This document shows, piece after piece, positions 13,052-26,942 of a DNA stretch of 64,000 nucleotides; positions within the stretch are counted from its first letter, which is position 1, and every line of letters starts with the position of its first letter. The position numbers and the translations under genes were made by a program. Source of the DNA: Eledone cirrhosa (lineage: Eukaryota); the NCBI GenBank assembly GCA_964016885.1, contig OZ024743.1, positions 156,240,001 through 156,304,000 on the forward strand, in the 5' to 3' direction. The notes beneath the pieces were generated by a model. It worked only from the letters and a program-made list of their open reading frames with translations, had not been told where the DNA came from and searched no databases.

Positions 13052-16000
13052 TTACAGACACATACTCAGAGTAGGCCCATTCACTCGGGCCATTCTTGCC
13101 TCTCTCACCCATCTTTCAACAAAATGCTGGGAAGAGAGCACTTCCCTCTCTACACTGATTTTCCTTTTCAAATGAAATTTGAAAAAGTTAATCAAGGCAT
13201 CACCGAAGAGGTATGTGCTCGTCTTTAGCCCTTTCAAACGTGTCCACCATACTATCTCTTTAGCCATGGCCACCAGACAGATAAAAATTGCCTGCCCTTC
13301 CCGGCTAAAGGAAAAGGGCGGGGCAATCCTCACGATGGACTCAGCTGATATCTGGGTCCGTCCTACATGTCAGCAATGCTCGGAAACTGGACGAGTGCAT
13401 GCAGGACGGTTACGTCGTCCTGCGCGCATCTCGGACATGCCCGACTGACGGCATCTCCATGCCTGTAGAGTTTATCCGGAACTGGCAAAGCTCCTCGGTA
13501 GCACTGCCAGGCCATAGATTTCTGGAAGTTGTACATAGGCCCCGGCCCGAAAGTTCTTCCAAAGAGATTGGCTAGTTGATTTTCGTCGACGCGTAGAGTT
13601 TCCCCAAGTACGTCGTCGCTCTCCACTCCACTAATACTCTATAGAACGCCAAGGTGGAGTTTCCACCGATCACCTTGCATGATTGGTCGAGGGCTGTGAG
13701 CGCCTGAAGAAATTCCAGTCTCCAAGCGCTCCCTCTCGGTCTTCGCTTGACCCAGGACTGCAGCTCTGTCAAGGAGACGAGCCGGGGAAAGACGCGACTA
13801 ACAAACGGCGTCCACACATGAGCACCGTCGAGGAAAAGGTGGAGATGTCGTAGCCTGAGCGCATGTCTGCGCATCATCAGCCACGGCATGCCCAAACCTC
13901 CACGTAGCGGGTGTTGACAGCAGACGAACCGCCTCAAAATCGGAGCGCGTTCCTTCCACAAAAAGCGAAAGAGCAAACGCCCCAGCGCAGTCAGGCCGGG
14001 CTTAGTACGAGGTACGACTGTCAGGCGGTAGTAGATGACGGACGCAATGTACGCTTTAGCCACCTCCGCTCGAACTTTAAGGGATAGTTTCCTCTCCGCC
14101 TATTTCTGGGTGAGAGAAGCCACCCTGCTCGTCACCTCGTCCCAGTTTTTGTTCGTCTGGAGGTCCTGACTGAACCAGACCCCTAGCAATTTAACCGGTC
14201 CGTCCGTCCAGCGCCCGACGACGCTGTGGGACGGCATGGACCTGCCTCTCCAGGTGCCGAGCTGCAGGCTCACTGACTTTTCCTGGTTGATCATTGCTCC
14301 TGTCACCGATTCGTATTCTCTTAGTGGAATGCCGATCGCCTCGATGTGTTTGGCGTTCGACACCACTACGTTAACATCGTCCGCATATGCTGACACGGAT
14401 CTTCCGCATCCTAGTTCGCGCGGGAACCCCTTCAACGTCTCCAGTTTGTGCAGTAACGGCTCGAGAGTCAATACATACAAGAGGGACGAGAGAGGACAAC
14501 CTTGTTGGCCCGAGCGCATGATGTTGAAAGGTGACCGTTTACTCTCACCACAGAGCAGATGTCGCTGTGCAGGGCAGCGATCCAGCCTCTTATGACGGGC
14601 CCAAAGCCAGCCGCCCTTAGGACTGCCGCTAGATAACGATGGTCGACCCTATCGAAAGCTTTCGACTGATAAAAATTGATCAAGGACCAACCGTACCAGG
14701 TTCCCTAGCTACCCTCTCTACGATGTATCGCATGAGCTGAAATTTGTCGTGGGTGGATCTGTCGGGTATGGCGCATGTCTGCGACCTCTCCCACCAGACC
14801 ACCAACGACAAGCGCCAACCTCTTTGCTAGCACCTTGGCCAAAATCTTGAACTCTGTGTTTAGCAGAGATATGGGCCTAAAATTATCTATGTTATCCCCT
14901 TGTTCGGATTCTTTTTGAGCAGCCCCACAGCTCCTCGGCTCACAGAGCTGGGAATTATCCCATTCTGTTGCCAGTTGCAGTAGACGTCCGCCAAGAGGCC
15001 TCCGAACACGTCTGACATATGTACGTAAAGTTCATAGGGCAGATCATCCAAACCAGGCGATTTACCCCTGGTGCAGCTAGTCATTGCCTCCCGCACTTGA
15101 GCGGCTGTTATCGGCTTTTCGCAACACTTAACGTCAGTGGCCGAAGGCCGCGGCAGTCCGTTGAGGTAGGCATTAAAGTCCATCTCTCGATCCGGCCCAC
15201 CGCTTCCCCCGAGCAACTGGGCGAAGTTTCGCTGAAAAGCTTCACGCATTTGCCCGGGATCGAGTAGAATGCGCCCGTCGTGGTCCACCAAAGACCGGGT
15301 CGTGTCTTTGTTGCCACGACGCGCTCCGCCACTCGGCCCCATTGAACGGCTTTCGTCCCCTCGTGTCTGAGAGCACGCACCCTAGCTCTGACAACGCAGC
15401 CTTCGTGCTTTTCGTTGAAGAATTGGTCGCGATGCCTTTGCTAAGCGGCTCGTCTAATTTTCTAACTAGTTCTCCCTCTGCTCGATTTGTCTCTATTGCT
15501 AAAGCCTTACTAAACCTAATGGACTCTGTTCTAATCGCTCTTCTCAGAGCAAACCACCACTGGTTGTTGACGATGGCCCCTGTCAACGCCCGCTTAACTA
15601 GTTCGCTAATCCGGTCTCTGTAGGCCTTGAGCGCTGGTAAGGACGCGTTAAGCTTCCAGTAGCCGAGTCCTCATCTATGAAGCCTATCTATGTCAAACAC
15701 ACAGATCAGGTATTTGTGGTCCGTGTAGCTGATTAACTTGAATTGTGGACAGCCTATGCTAGAGCTATCCATTTCCCTACAAAATACTCTCTCTAGATAT
15801 GATCTCCATGACCCTATGCGATTTGTCCAATCCACAAAGGCACATTCTGAAAATCCAATCGGTACCTGTCAGACAGTTCAAAACGCCTGAGCAGTTTGGT
15901 TAGGCTCTTGCACCCGCTTCCCCTATCCGCTAATCCCACACAGTCCCAGCGTGCATCTAATATCCCGTTCCAGTCGCCCACTAACACTAAAAATCGTGAC

Positions 16001-16403
16001 TTTCCAAGAAAGTCTCCAGACGCCGGAAGAAATTAGGCCTCCCTGCTCCTGTCGAGGCATAGACGGCCACTAGCCTGAAAGCCTGCCCGTCTCCGCTCTT
16101 CACGTCCAGCACCACCATCTTACTCTCTGGGTCCAGGAAGATGGCCCGTATGGCGAGATCCAAACCTCTCAGAAAAAACGCAGCAACTCCCCCCCCCCCC
16201 CCCTCGTCGATCCAGGACGGCTAGGAGATGCGTACACATCATAGCCGGCGAAATCGGTGCGAAGTCCCGCGCTTCGGAGATTCTGGTCTCGCTGATGGCC
16301 ATACATCTATGTTTAGTGACCTCAGGTCGTTGAGCAGGTGGCCCTGCTTCCATGACGACCCCAATCCACGCGAATTTATGCTGCCTATTCTGAGTGAGGT
16401 CAT
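13052..16403 (-). pseudogene. Tx1 ORF2 (APE endonuclease + reverse transcriptase), disrupted
   Basis: MTSLRIGSINSRGLG, ISETRI, GDWN, KSPGLDDLPYE, QSKAFDRVDH, QGCPLSSLLYVL, SAYADD, CPRCAQDDVTVLHALV; many frameshifts. Confidence 0.9.
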
Positions 16404-16439
16404 GTTGAAATGGAGTGGAAAAGTTGGGATAGACAACTT

Positions 16440-18113
16440 ACCTTACTTTTCGTAGAGGAAGGATGGTTTCTCCATCCTTTTCACTGCTTCTGGCCTCTTC
16501 CTGAAACATGTCTTTCTAAATCATCCTAGAGAGTGCTTGTCGGAAGTCTCCGATGTCTTTGGGGAATTTTTGTTTTAGTGTCGTGTAGGTTTTCTGTGTG
16601 ATGCGAGTGATTTGTATGTGGTGAGGTGGTGTGAACTTTTGGGTTGTTGTGTAGTCCTTTTCTGTGATGCTGGTGTTGTGTTAGATGTAGTATAATAATT
16701 GGTTGATGCTTAAATTTATTGCTGTGTAGTGTGTATCGTTTTGTTCGTTTTGTTTTGCTTACGTTTGTTGTGGCTTTGTTTCTGTTTCGCTTTTTGGTGA
16801 CTTTTGTGGTGTTGGTGATGGTGGTGTCGTGGTTAATGATGGTGATGGTGTTGGTGTTTGAGTTGATGGGGTTGGTGATGCTGTTGTGGATGGTGGCATA
16901 GCTGTCCTAACTTTTTTCTTTTTGTTGATACCGTTTCCCACTCCACGTCGTCACTATCTGTCTCCAGTTGCGATAGATCGGGGAGTGGAAAATCCTCCAC
17001 AGGCGTTGATTTTGGTTGTGGCTTGGTGGATTTTGTAGGCGCTGGTGCTAGTTTTGGCGCGTTGGGTGGTGGTGGTGTTGGTTTTGCTACTGTTGCTGCG
17101 GTTGTTGCTGTTACAGTTGCTTCTGTTGTTGCTGCTACAGTTGTTGCTGCCATTTCTGCTGCTGGTGTTTAGTCACTGGGGTGGGTATGAGAGGTGGCCT
17201 CAACATTTTAGCCTGAGTGCAGAAATCCCTTAGGTGGGTTCCTTCACCACAAACGACACACCTAGGCCTTCTTCCCTCGACGATTACGGTGAGATGTCTG
17301 CCGTCAGTGAATTATATTACCTTTGGGATCTCCTCAATGCTTTTTGGTCCGCTTGGATCAGGAGCTCCATACCATATCCGGACCAGTTCTCCTGCTTTTC
17401 TTTCGCTATTTCGATTATATTGGTGTTGGCTTCGATGCCGGCGAGGATGACAGACATTAGCCAGGGAATTTCGATGGCCGGTGGAACGTGGGTCTCCTTG
17501 ATCTTCACGACTCTCTGGCCACAATAGCTTGGGACGAGTGTGACGTCGTCAATTCTTATGGGGCCTTGGAGTTTTCTCTGGCCTCCTGTTGTGTTTCAAA
17601 GAACACGTCCACGGTTCCATATTTCTGCCAACGTCTGATGTGGGTTTTTTTTGCCCAGACATGTCCCAAAGCTTTTTGGATTTGGGACTCGGATGCCCGT
17701 TCCACTCGGCGCGATTTTATGTTAATCGTCCGATAAGACACGGTGCATAGGCGCCGATGCTCCATTTTATTAGGTGTGGGGGGAGGGGGAGGCTGAATCT
17801 GTACCCATCTATCTTTACCATTTTTTTTGCTTCATCTAATTCCTCCTGAGTTACCTGGAATGCTTCGCGCTTTGTTGCTACTCTGGCAAAAGACAGGGTT
17901 GTTTTCTTAATTTCATTATTGCTATTGTTGTTATCTTTATTGTTGTTATTGTTAATTTTAGTTTCAGTTGTGGTGGTGGTGGCGTCAGTGGTGTTCGTTG
18001 TGGAAGAGTTCATTTTTACTAAATTCGTTTCGATATCACGAGAACTATTTTTCTTTTGTTTCTGTTGTCGCTGTGGTGGTGGTGGAGGTGTCGGCTTCAA
18101 CACCTGCAGTCAT
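16440..18113 (-). pseudogene. Tx1 ORF1 (gag-like nucleic-acid-binding protein), disrupted
   Basis: Thr/Asn-rich N-terminus, SFARVA motif, RPRCVVCGEGTHLRDFC zinc knuckle (~17215-17270), Pro/Thr-rich linker. Confidence 0.8.
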
Positions 18114-18237
18114 TGGTAATGGCGGGAAATGAATGTCTACCTGAGACAAATTTAAAATATTGCTACTGCTTATATATTTAGTGTTGGCAATCGTAGTAAT
18201 ATTTACAATGGTGGTGTCAGTGTGAAGTGTTAGTTTG

Positions 18238-20968
18238 TGAGGAAATGAATGCTGACGGGCTAGGACAAGATTTGGTTGATATCCTAAACTTAGTGGTAGA
18301 TGAAATGAACAATGATAGTGGGAAGCCTATGAACCTAAGAGTTGTAGACAGGAACAAGTTAAAAGAAACAACAGCTAAGGTAAACAATGTCATCCCATAC
18401 CCTGAGGCGAGGAACCTTCACCAGTGCAACAATATCCTCAAAGCAACAGCAAATGCGGTGAGGAAATTACTTTGCATAAAAGCGAGAGGAAAAAACAAAC
18501 AAGAAAGATCAGAACCTTGGTGGAAGAAACAACTGAATGGTCAAATCAGGGAAATTAGAAATGACATTGGAAAGTTGAGTCCCTACTGAATGGGATATTA
18601 GAAAACATAGACACTAAAAACAGACTGGAAATAAAGTACAACACTAAGAGGAAAAGGCTAAATATTATCATAGAGGAACTGAAGCAACGCATTGTAGCAA
18701 AAAGTGCAAAAATTAGGCGATACGAAAGCAGAGTCACAGTTGAATCTCTTAAGGGGAAGGCCAGAAAACTAACCAACTGGAAATAACCAGGCCCATATGG
18801 TGTGCAGGGGTATTGGATTAAAAATATAACATCCCTCCACCCGAAACTGACAACAATGTTCAATGACTGCTTGATGTCAGGTGAGGTACCAGAGTGTTTG
18901 ACAAAAGGTACCACAGTTCTGGTAATGAAAGACCGAACCAAGGGCAATGATGTTACCAAATATAGACCTATCACATGTCTGTCCGTAATGTGGAAACTGT
19001 TAACAAGCATTGTGTCTGAGCAAATCTACCATCACCTCCACATAAACAACTTGTTACCGGACGAAAAGAAAGGATGCCGAAAGAAGTCTCGTGGTACAAA
19101 GGACCAGTTACTTATTGATAAGATGGTAATAAGGAATTGCAGGAGGAGTTACACTGGTCTTGCCATGGGATGGATAGACTACAAAAAGGCATTCGACATG
19201 GTACCTCATTCTTGGATAACCAAAGGCCTAGAGATCTTCAGGGTGGCAGATAACATCAGACAGTTGTTGAGCAAAAATATGAACTCCTTGAAAATAGAGT
19301 TAACATCGGGCAGAGAATCCTTGGGACGCGTGAAGACCAAGAGAGGTATCTTCCAGTGAGATAGTGTGTGCCCTCAGTTGTTTGTCCTTGCCCTGATCCC
19401 CCTGACCATTATACTGCGAAAAGTGAGAGCATGATGCAGCTGGGGAAGGGAGAGCTTACCACCAATCACCTCCTCTTCATGGACGATCTTAAGCTCTTCG
19501 GGAAAAGTGAGAAGGAGTTGGATGTCCGTATTTTCAGCAATGATATACGTATGCAATTTGGTATTAGTAAGTGTGGAGTCCTTGTGATTCAGAGGGGCAA
19601 ATTGAGCAGAAGTAACGGAATCCAGGTACTAACTGGTGAGATGATAAAGGAAATGTTTACTGAAGAAGGATACAAATACTGAAGAGTTCTGGAGGCTGAT
19701 GACATCAAGAACAAACAAATTAAGGAATCGATAAGATCTGAATACATTCGGAGAGTAAGGAACGTATTAAAGTCACATCTAAAAAGTAGAGGTGCCATAC
19801 GTGCAGTAAATTCCCGAGCTGTGTCTATTATTATGTACAGTGCGGGATTTCTGAGATGCTATGTTGCTGAGCCAAAATAGACTATGAAGCTATTGACTAT
19901 CTACAACATGTTCCACAAGAGGAGTGATGTCGATAGACTCTACTTAAAGAGATCTGAATGTGGAAGAGGTCTTCTCAGCATAGAAGACTGTGTTCAGATG
20001 GAGAAAAACAACCTACACAAATACGTGACTGATAGTAGGGAGCCAATGCTCATAATTGTACTGAAGGAGATGACAGTTGACTAGGGGATGGCCAAGGAGG
20101 AAATACCAACAAGGAGAAAGAGCAAGCTTCATGAAAAATCCCTTCATAGTACCATCTTTAAGAAAACTGAATTTAGAGATCCACAGACATGGAAATGGTT
20201 GAAAAGTGGAGACCTTAAAAAGGCTACAGATGGAATGCTAATGGCTGCGTAAGAGCAGGCCCTCAAAATGAAGTTGCTGAAACACCATATTTACAAGGAG
20301 GAGGCTAGCCCACTGTGTAGGATCTGTGGAGAGACAGAGGAGACTGTGGCTCACAGTGTATCCGAGTGTAAACACCTAGCCCAGACTCACTATAAAGGCT
20401 GGAGACATGATGTGATGGGCAGGGTGATCCACTGGCACCTATGCAAAGTAAACAATTTACCATATTCTGAGAAGTGGTATGAGCATAAGCCAGAGTCGGT
20501 GATGCAAAACGTTCAGGTGAAGTTGGTGTGGGATTTTAGGATACAGACGGACAAGAAACTGGAACACAATAGGCCTGACCTGGTCGTTTTGGACAACGAA
20601 AAAGATCGTGCCTGATTGTGGATGTAGCCTGCCCATTCAACACGAGAGTGAAAGAGAAGGAGAGGGAGAAAATTAACCGATACCAGGACTTAAAGTGGGA
20701 GGTAAAAAGGATTTGGAACTGCCATCAGGTCAAAGTGGTCCCGATTGACATAGGCGCACTAGGCACTAACTCAAAGAGTGTTCAGGGATGGTTAAAGAAA
20801 ATTGGTCCCGCCCCGCTTTTTGGAACACTTCAAAAGGCATGCTTGCTGGGAACGGCAAGAACCCTCCGATACGTCCTGAATATCTGAGGCTGCAGGTAGT
20901 GGCTTGATATTCATTTCAACACACATTCAAGTTAACTAACATCAATGACTGAGACTCAAAGAACACTA
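18238..20968 (+). mobile_element. R4/Dong-clade non-LTR retrotransposon, 5'-truncated, decayed (Dong copy 1)
   Basis: Homologous to 48990-51975; YRPITCL, WIDYKKAFDMVPH, HLLFMDDLKLF, CRICGETEETVAHSVSEC, RHD, RPDL; ~230-bp internal deletion near 18735; ends in (AAT)n. Confidence 0.92.
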
Positions 20969-21254
20969 ATAATAATAATAATAATGATTTCATTTATTAG
21001 CCACAAGGGCCGACATGTAGGGACAATACAAAGACAGGGACAGTGGGGTTTACAATAAGGTCGAGTAAAAGTGCAGAATGGCAAGACTAATTTAACAATG
21101 AAGATATAAACCTGTAAAATAAACCATGCCTAAATATAAACAAATAAATTCCCCGATAGGGGGGTCGGACGACCCTGGCGTGACTCGGGTACCACACCAA
21201 ACCTGAACCACCCTGCACTTATGGGGCACCCAGGGAGAGCACCGCTCTCCTCAA

Positions 21255-24200
21255 GTTAGCTAGCCTATATGCGCATGGTCAGAGTAGGCCCATTTACACG
21301 AGCCATTCACGCCACATTAATCCACCTTTTAGGAAATTTACTGAGGGGCAGCACTTCTCTCTCCACCCACACCTTCCTTTCCAAGTGAAACTTGAAGAAG
21401 TTGATGAGGGATTGGCCGAAGAGAAAAGTGTGTGTCTTTTTACCTGTTCCCCCGTACAACCTCTTTCGCAACTGCCACCAGACAAAGGAAAATGTCCTGC
21501 TCTTCCTGACCTAAAGAAGTCGGCGGGTCCATCTTCACTATGGACTCGGCCGATAGCCGGATTCGTTCAACACGCGATAGTTGCTCTTCGACATAACTCC
21601 ACAAGTCAGTAATGCACGGACATTGGACAAGTGCGTGCAGAACGGTTTCTTCGTTCTGTGCGCATCTTGGGCTGGTCCGTCTGACAGCACGTTCGTGCCT
21701 GTAGACTTTATTCCGAACTGGCAGTGCCCCCCGGTAGCACTGCCAAGCGAGGGATTTCTGGATAGTGACCATCATTCTCGACACGAAAGTCTGCCGGTAC
21801 AGACTGGTCAGTTCGACTTTGTCGAGGCCCAAACATCTCCGAGTGCGTCATCGCACTCGTCCACCACTAATCCTCTATAGACCTCGAGAGTGGAAGTTTC
21901 ACTGATCGCATTGCCCACTTCGTAGAGGGCAGTGAGTGCCTGGCAACATTCCAGGTGCCAGTCACCCATTCTCGGTCTCTTCTTGACCCAGGAGTGCAGC
22001 TCAGTCAAATAAATGAACTGTGGAAAGGACACACCTGTTGACTGTTGATGCAGAATATCTGCAGATGTCGCAGCCTCAACGCATAATTAGTCTGCGCATA
22101 ATTAGCCACAGCAGGCCCAGCCCTCCGCGTAGGGGATGCTGGCAGCAGATGGACCGCCTCACCAACGCAACTTGTCCCCTCCACAGGAATGAGAAGAGGA
22201 GCTGTTCCAAATTGACGAGGCGCGGACGGGGGCAAGGCACGACGGTCAGGCGGTAGTAGATGACGGTCGAGATGTACGCATTCGCCACCTCCGCGCGACC
22301 TTTCAGTGATAGCTTCCTCCAAGCCCATATTTGGGTGAGACTTGCTACTGTGCTCGTTACCTGGTCCCAATTCTTTTCCACCTGGAGGTCTGGTCCGAAT
22401 CAAACCCCGAGCAACTACACCGGTCTGTCCTTCTAGTGCCCCACGACGCTGTTTGACGGCATGGGCTTGCCTCTGGAGGTTCCGAGCTGCAAGCCCACCG
22501 ACTTTTCCGGGTTAAGTTTGGCTCCTCTCAATATTTCATATTCCTTCAATAAGGTGCCGACCACCTCGATTTCTAAGGTGTTGGATACCATCACGGTGAT
22601 GTCGTCCGCATAAGCCGACACCCCCTTTTCACGTCCCTGTTCGAGCGGGATGCCCTGCAACAGCTCCAGCTTCCGCAGAAAAGGCTTGAGAGTCAATACG
22701 TACAGAAGTGAAGAGAGAGGGCACCTTTGACGGAGCGATCGGGAGAGCCGAAATGGTTCCGAGAGGTGGCCATTAATCTTGACCACCGACCGTGTGCCGC
22801 TGTGCATTGCAGCGCTCCAGGGCCGAAGCCAGTCGCTTTGAGGACAAACTCCAGATACAGATGGTCGACCCTATGAATGTTTTCGATTGATCTAAATTGA
22901 TCAGTGCACCACCGAAGCCAGGTTTACACCCGACCCTCTCTATGAGGTATCGCATGAGGTGTAGATTGTCGTGTATGGACCTGGCTTCGATTCCGCAAGT
23001 TTGCGCCTCCCCAACCAAATACTCGACGACAAGCGCCAATCACTTTCCTAACACCTTAGCCAAAATCTTAAACTCTGTGTTGAGCAGAGTTATGGGCCTG
23101 AAGTTGTCTAATTTATCCCTCTTGTTCTCCTCTTCCCTTATCAGTGTCACCACTCCCCTGCTCACAGAAGTGGGACTACTCCCATTCTGCTACCAGTTGC
23201 AGTAGAGTGCTTCGAGGAGATCGGGGAACAAGTCTGGCATATTTACGTAAAGCTTGTAGGGCAGGCCATCCTAACTGGGTGACTTGCGCCTCATGCAACA
23301 GACAATGGCGTCCTGAGTTTCGGCTGACGTTATCGGCCTTTCGCAGCGCACAGCGACGACCGTCGAGATGCGCGGCAAGCCCTCAAGGTAGAGACTGAGA
23401 TCCGCTAGTCTCTCTGACTCGCCACTCTCACCGAACAACCGAGCAAAGTGCTGGCGAAAGCCCTCACACATCCGCTTGGAATCGCTTATCTCGTGTCGGT
23501 CTCGGTTCGCCAAAGACCGAATTGTGGTTTTATTACCACACTGCGCCTCTGCCACGCGGGCCCATCGTACAGCTTTGGTTCCCTCGTTTCTCAGCGCACG
23601 CGCCTTAGCTCTGACAATGGAACCTTCGTGTTTCGCAATGAAGAAATGGTCTAATGCCATTCTCGCAGATAGCACGTCAGTTGCAATGCCACTACAAATA
23701 GCCTCGTCTGACTTATCTACCAGCACCCCCCACCCTCCTTTCTATTTTTCTCTAACGCTAGTTCATTGCTGAAATCTATCGAAGTTACTTTAATCTCTGT
23801 TTTGAGAGCCCACCACCATCTGTTGTTGATGATCCCCCTGTCAACTTTTGCTTAACTAAATTGTTGACTCGGTCCCTGAATGCCTTACGTGCCGGAAATG
23901 ACATGTTCAGATTCCAGTAACCCGGTCCTATCCTACGCGTTTTAACTAGATCGACCGTACAGATCACAAATATGTTATCTGAATAGGCGACCGTTTTAAA
24001 AAGTGGGCAGCCTACACTATTTCTGTCTATTTTCCTACTGAAGATCCTGTCTATATACGATGTAGATGACTCCATTCGGTTGGTCCGTGTCTATACTGGC
24101 ACATTGGGGAAATCTAGTCGATACCTGTCAGACAGTTGGAACTGGCTGAGTAGGTGCCTAAGGCTTTTGCACCCCACGCTCCTGTCTGCTACTTCCACAC

Positions 24201-24650
24201 AATCCCAGCGTGCGTCTAAGATGCCATTCCAGTCCTCCGCTAACAATAAAGGGCGAGACGTACCCAGAAAGGTCTTCAAGCGCCTAAAGAAGTCCGGTCA
24301 TTTGGCCCCCGTAGGGGCGTAGACGGCCAGCAGTCTAAAGGCACCACCTTCGCTACTGCTCACATCCAAGACCAACAACTTACCGTCCGGGTCCCGGAAG
24401 ATCGACCTCACCTCGAGATCCAGTCCTTTCCTAAACAGCACTCTCCCCACCTCATTCCCGGCCTCCTAACAGATGCGAAGATCTGACAGTCGTCGAAAAT
24501 GGGGGCTAGTGCGCGCGTTTCGGAAATTCTGGTCTCTTTGACGGCAATCACATCCATTTCCAGCGACCTGAGGTCGTTGAGCAGGCGACTCTGCTTCTAG
24601 GGTGACGCCAGGCCGCGAACATTTTAACTTCCTACTCTTAATATAGCCAT
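21255..24650 (-). pseudogene. Tx1 ORF2 (APE + RT), disrupted
   Basis: MAILRVGS*NVRGL, AEDWNGILD, SYIDRIF, FRPITLLNTEFKIL, LDQSKTF, RQRCPLSSLLYVL, SAYADD, PRCAQNEETVLHALVQC. Confidence 0.9.
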
Positions 24651-24679
24651 GTTGGTAAACTAAGAGAGAGAGGGAAAGT

Positions 24680-26571
24680 TTACTTACCTCCCGGTGTCTT
24701 GTGAAGGTCGGATTGTTCGACCTCCATGGTTGGTGGGGTTTCTTTAGGGAACCCCTTTGAAAGTCTCGATGTGGGTTTCACATTTGTGGTTCCCACGTCT
24801 TGAGGAAAGCTCTCTCGAATTTCTTTGAAGGAATTGACTGACATTCGGACCAGAAGCAAATATTCTGGCACGCAAAATGTGCTCATTTCAAAAATCTCTT
24901 CCTCTGTTTGAATGTCCTCGCTTCGTGCTAAGAGGGCCATCAGTTTATCGTTGGCCCGTCGGACAAGCACGATGTCTTTAACATTTTCTTGGTGTGGTTT
25001 TATTTGTTTTCGTTTTGGTGACTGTGGTGGTGATGGTTTTGGTGGTGTTGTTTCGGGTATGTCTGTGTTTGTTGTAGGTGTGGTGTGTGCGATTTCTGGT
25101 ATTTGTGTCTTTATATGTACTTGTGTTTGTTTAGGTTGTTTGCGTTTCGGGGATTGTGGGGGTGGTCTCGATGTTGCTGTTGGTGCTGATGTTATTGGGG
25201 GAAGTGTTTGCGTTAGTGGTGTCTGTATTTTTTGTTGTATATGTTTTTGTGTTTTGTTGGGGCTTTTTTTTGTGAGTTTTCTGGGTTTTTTGTACTTTTG
25301 GGTTTTCCTTCATCGTCGCTGCTGGAAGACAAAGGGTCTGTGGCTGTGAATGTCTATGCGTCTGTGTGTGCGTTTATTGTTTTGTCTATGTGTATAATTG
25401 GGTGGGTAGGGGAGTGGGAGAGCTTTCTTCATTTTCTCTTTGGATTGGTTTTGGTGTTTTTGGTGATACGGCTGTTTTTGATGTTGGTGTCCGTGTCTTT
25501 GTTGGTGTTGTTTTTAGTGGTGGTGGTGGTGGTGCAGCTTTCCCTGCTGACACTGGCGTAGTCAACAAAGGAGGTTTGCGACCCCCTGCATTTTTGCGCT
25601 GAGGGCAGAAGGCTTGCAGATGCGTTGCTTCCCTGCAGACGAAGCAGCGTGGCCTTCTTCCGTCAGTGATTAGTTGGATTTTTGTCCCGTCCTGCAGGCG
25701 GGCAAAATCTGGGATGTTGTTCATGTCCTCCGGTTTCATTTGGAGAAGAATCTCCAAATCCATTCCGGACCAGTCCTCTCTCTCTCTGTCTTTTGATATC
25801 CAGGAGGGTTGTGTCTGTCCCCTCCTCGATTACGCATCCCACAAGCCACCATATGTGCATTCCTTGTGGGATGCTGGGAATGCGGACCTTTACTGTCCTT
25901 TTACCCATGTAGGACGGATGCATGATAATGCGTTCCGTTCTGCAGCGGGTCACCGTGTGCTTAATAGCGAGGGCTTCAGTTTGGAACAGTACCGAGATGG
26001 TACCGAACTTATTGCCTCCTGCTTTATACTGTATGTTACTTCCGATGTACTCCAAAGCAGCCTCGACCTCTGCTTGGTTGGCAAGTTCCACTTTTCGTGT
26101 ATGTACCGAAATGCATCGAAAGTACACCGTCCTCCTTTGAATGGCCGCTATTACCCCGTCCGAGATGGTCAGGTTTGCCCAGGACTTCTCTCGTTTAATT
26201 AGCCTCCACGCCTGGGCCAACTGTTCGTCTTTATCGCTAATATCAATATCAATATCCAATAAGCGCTTTGTTTTTGCTGCTGCTGCAGCAAATGTGGTGC
26301 TTATGATGCTCTTGTTGTTGGTGTTGTCATTCTTGCTGTTGTTATTGGTGTTGTTGTCGTTTTGTTTGTTGATGCTGTTCCCACCGCCATCAGTGTTATT
26401 GTCGTTATTGCACTGAGTTGTTGTTGTTGTGGTGGTGGTGGTGACGGTGGTGTTGGTGGCGGCGGTGGTGGCGGTGATGTCGTTTTCAGATGATACTGCT
26501 GCTAACACAGAGGGTTGTGATGGTAGCTTTTGAGTTTTGCCTTCACATTCAGTAGAGTGGACAACAGGCAT
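24680..26571 (-). pseudogene. Tx1 ORF1, disrupted
   Basis: ORFs 25663..26571, 25386..25763 and 24680..24970; TFAAAAAK motif and RRPRCFVCREATHLQAFCP CCHC knuckle. Confidence 0.85.
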
Positions 26572-26882
26572 GACTGTAGCCGTCGTAGTCGTGGTGAAAT
26601 CTACAGTGGCTGCTTTTAATGTTGTTTACCGTTTCAAGGTCGAAAGTTTCCATACTTTTTGGGGGGTGGGGAGCGATTTTTTTCGAAGTTTAAAAAAAAT
26701 AAATCTGAATATTCCTTCTTAAAGCCCGGATATTGAGAGGTATCCCTCTCTTAAAACCAAGAGGTGTACCTTATATTTCGTTAACGAAAAGAAAATACAA
26801 AAAATGACCCTTTAAACAGCTTAAAGTTACGAACCATTTCCCCCGCAGATTTGTACTGTCTTCACACATGTGCGTCTAAATA

Positions 26883-26940
<58 letters not shown>

Positions 26941-26942
<2 letters not shown>

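Larger units (their letters stand above)
12795..18237 (-). mobile_element. L1/Tx1-clade LINE, near full length, decayed (Tx1 copy 1)
   Basis: ORF1 with CX2CX4HX4C knuckle, ORF2 with APE + RT + C-terminal Cys/His motif, 3' UTR ending CCCTTGTGGTTAATAAGAAAGC then (ATT)n. Confidence 0.92.
20986..26878 (-). mobile_element. L1/Tx1-clade LINE, apparently full length, decayed (Tx1 copy 2; different family from copy 1)
   Basis: 5' UTR, ORF1 and ORF2 present; 3' end CCCTTGTGGCTAATAAATGAAATC(ATT)n; (ATT)n lies on both sides (20968-20985 and 26879-26940). Confidence 0.92.
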
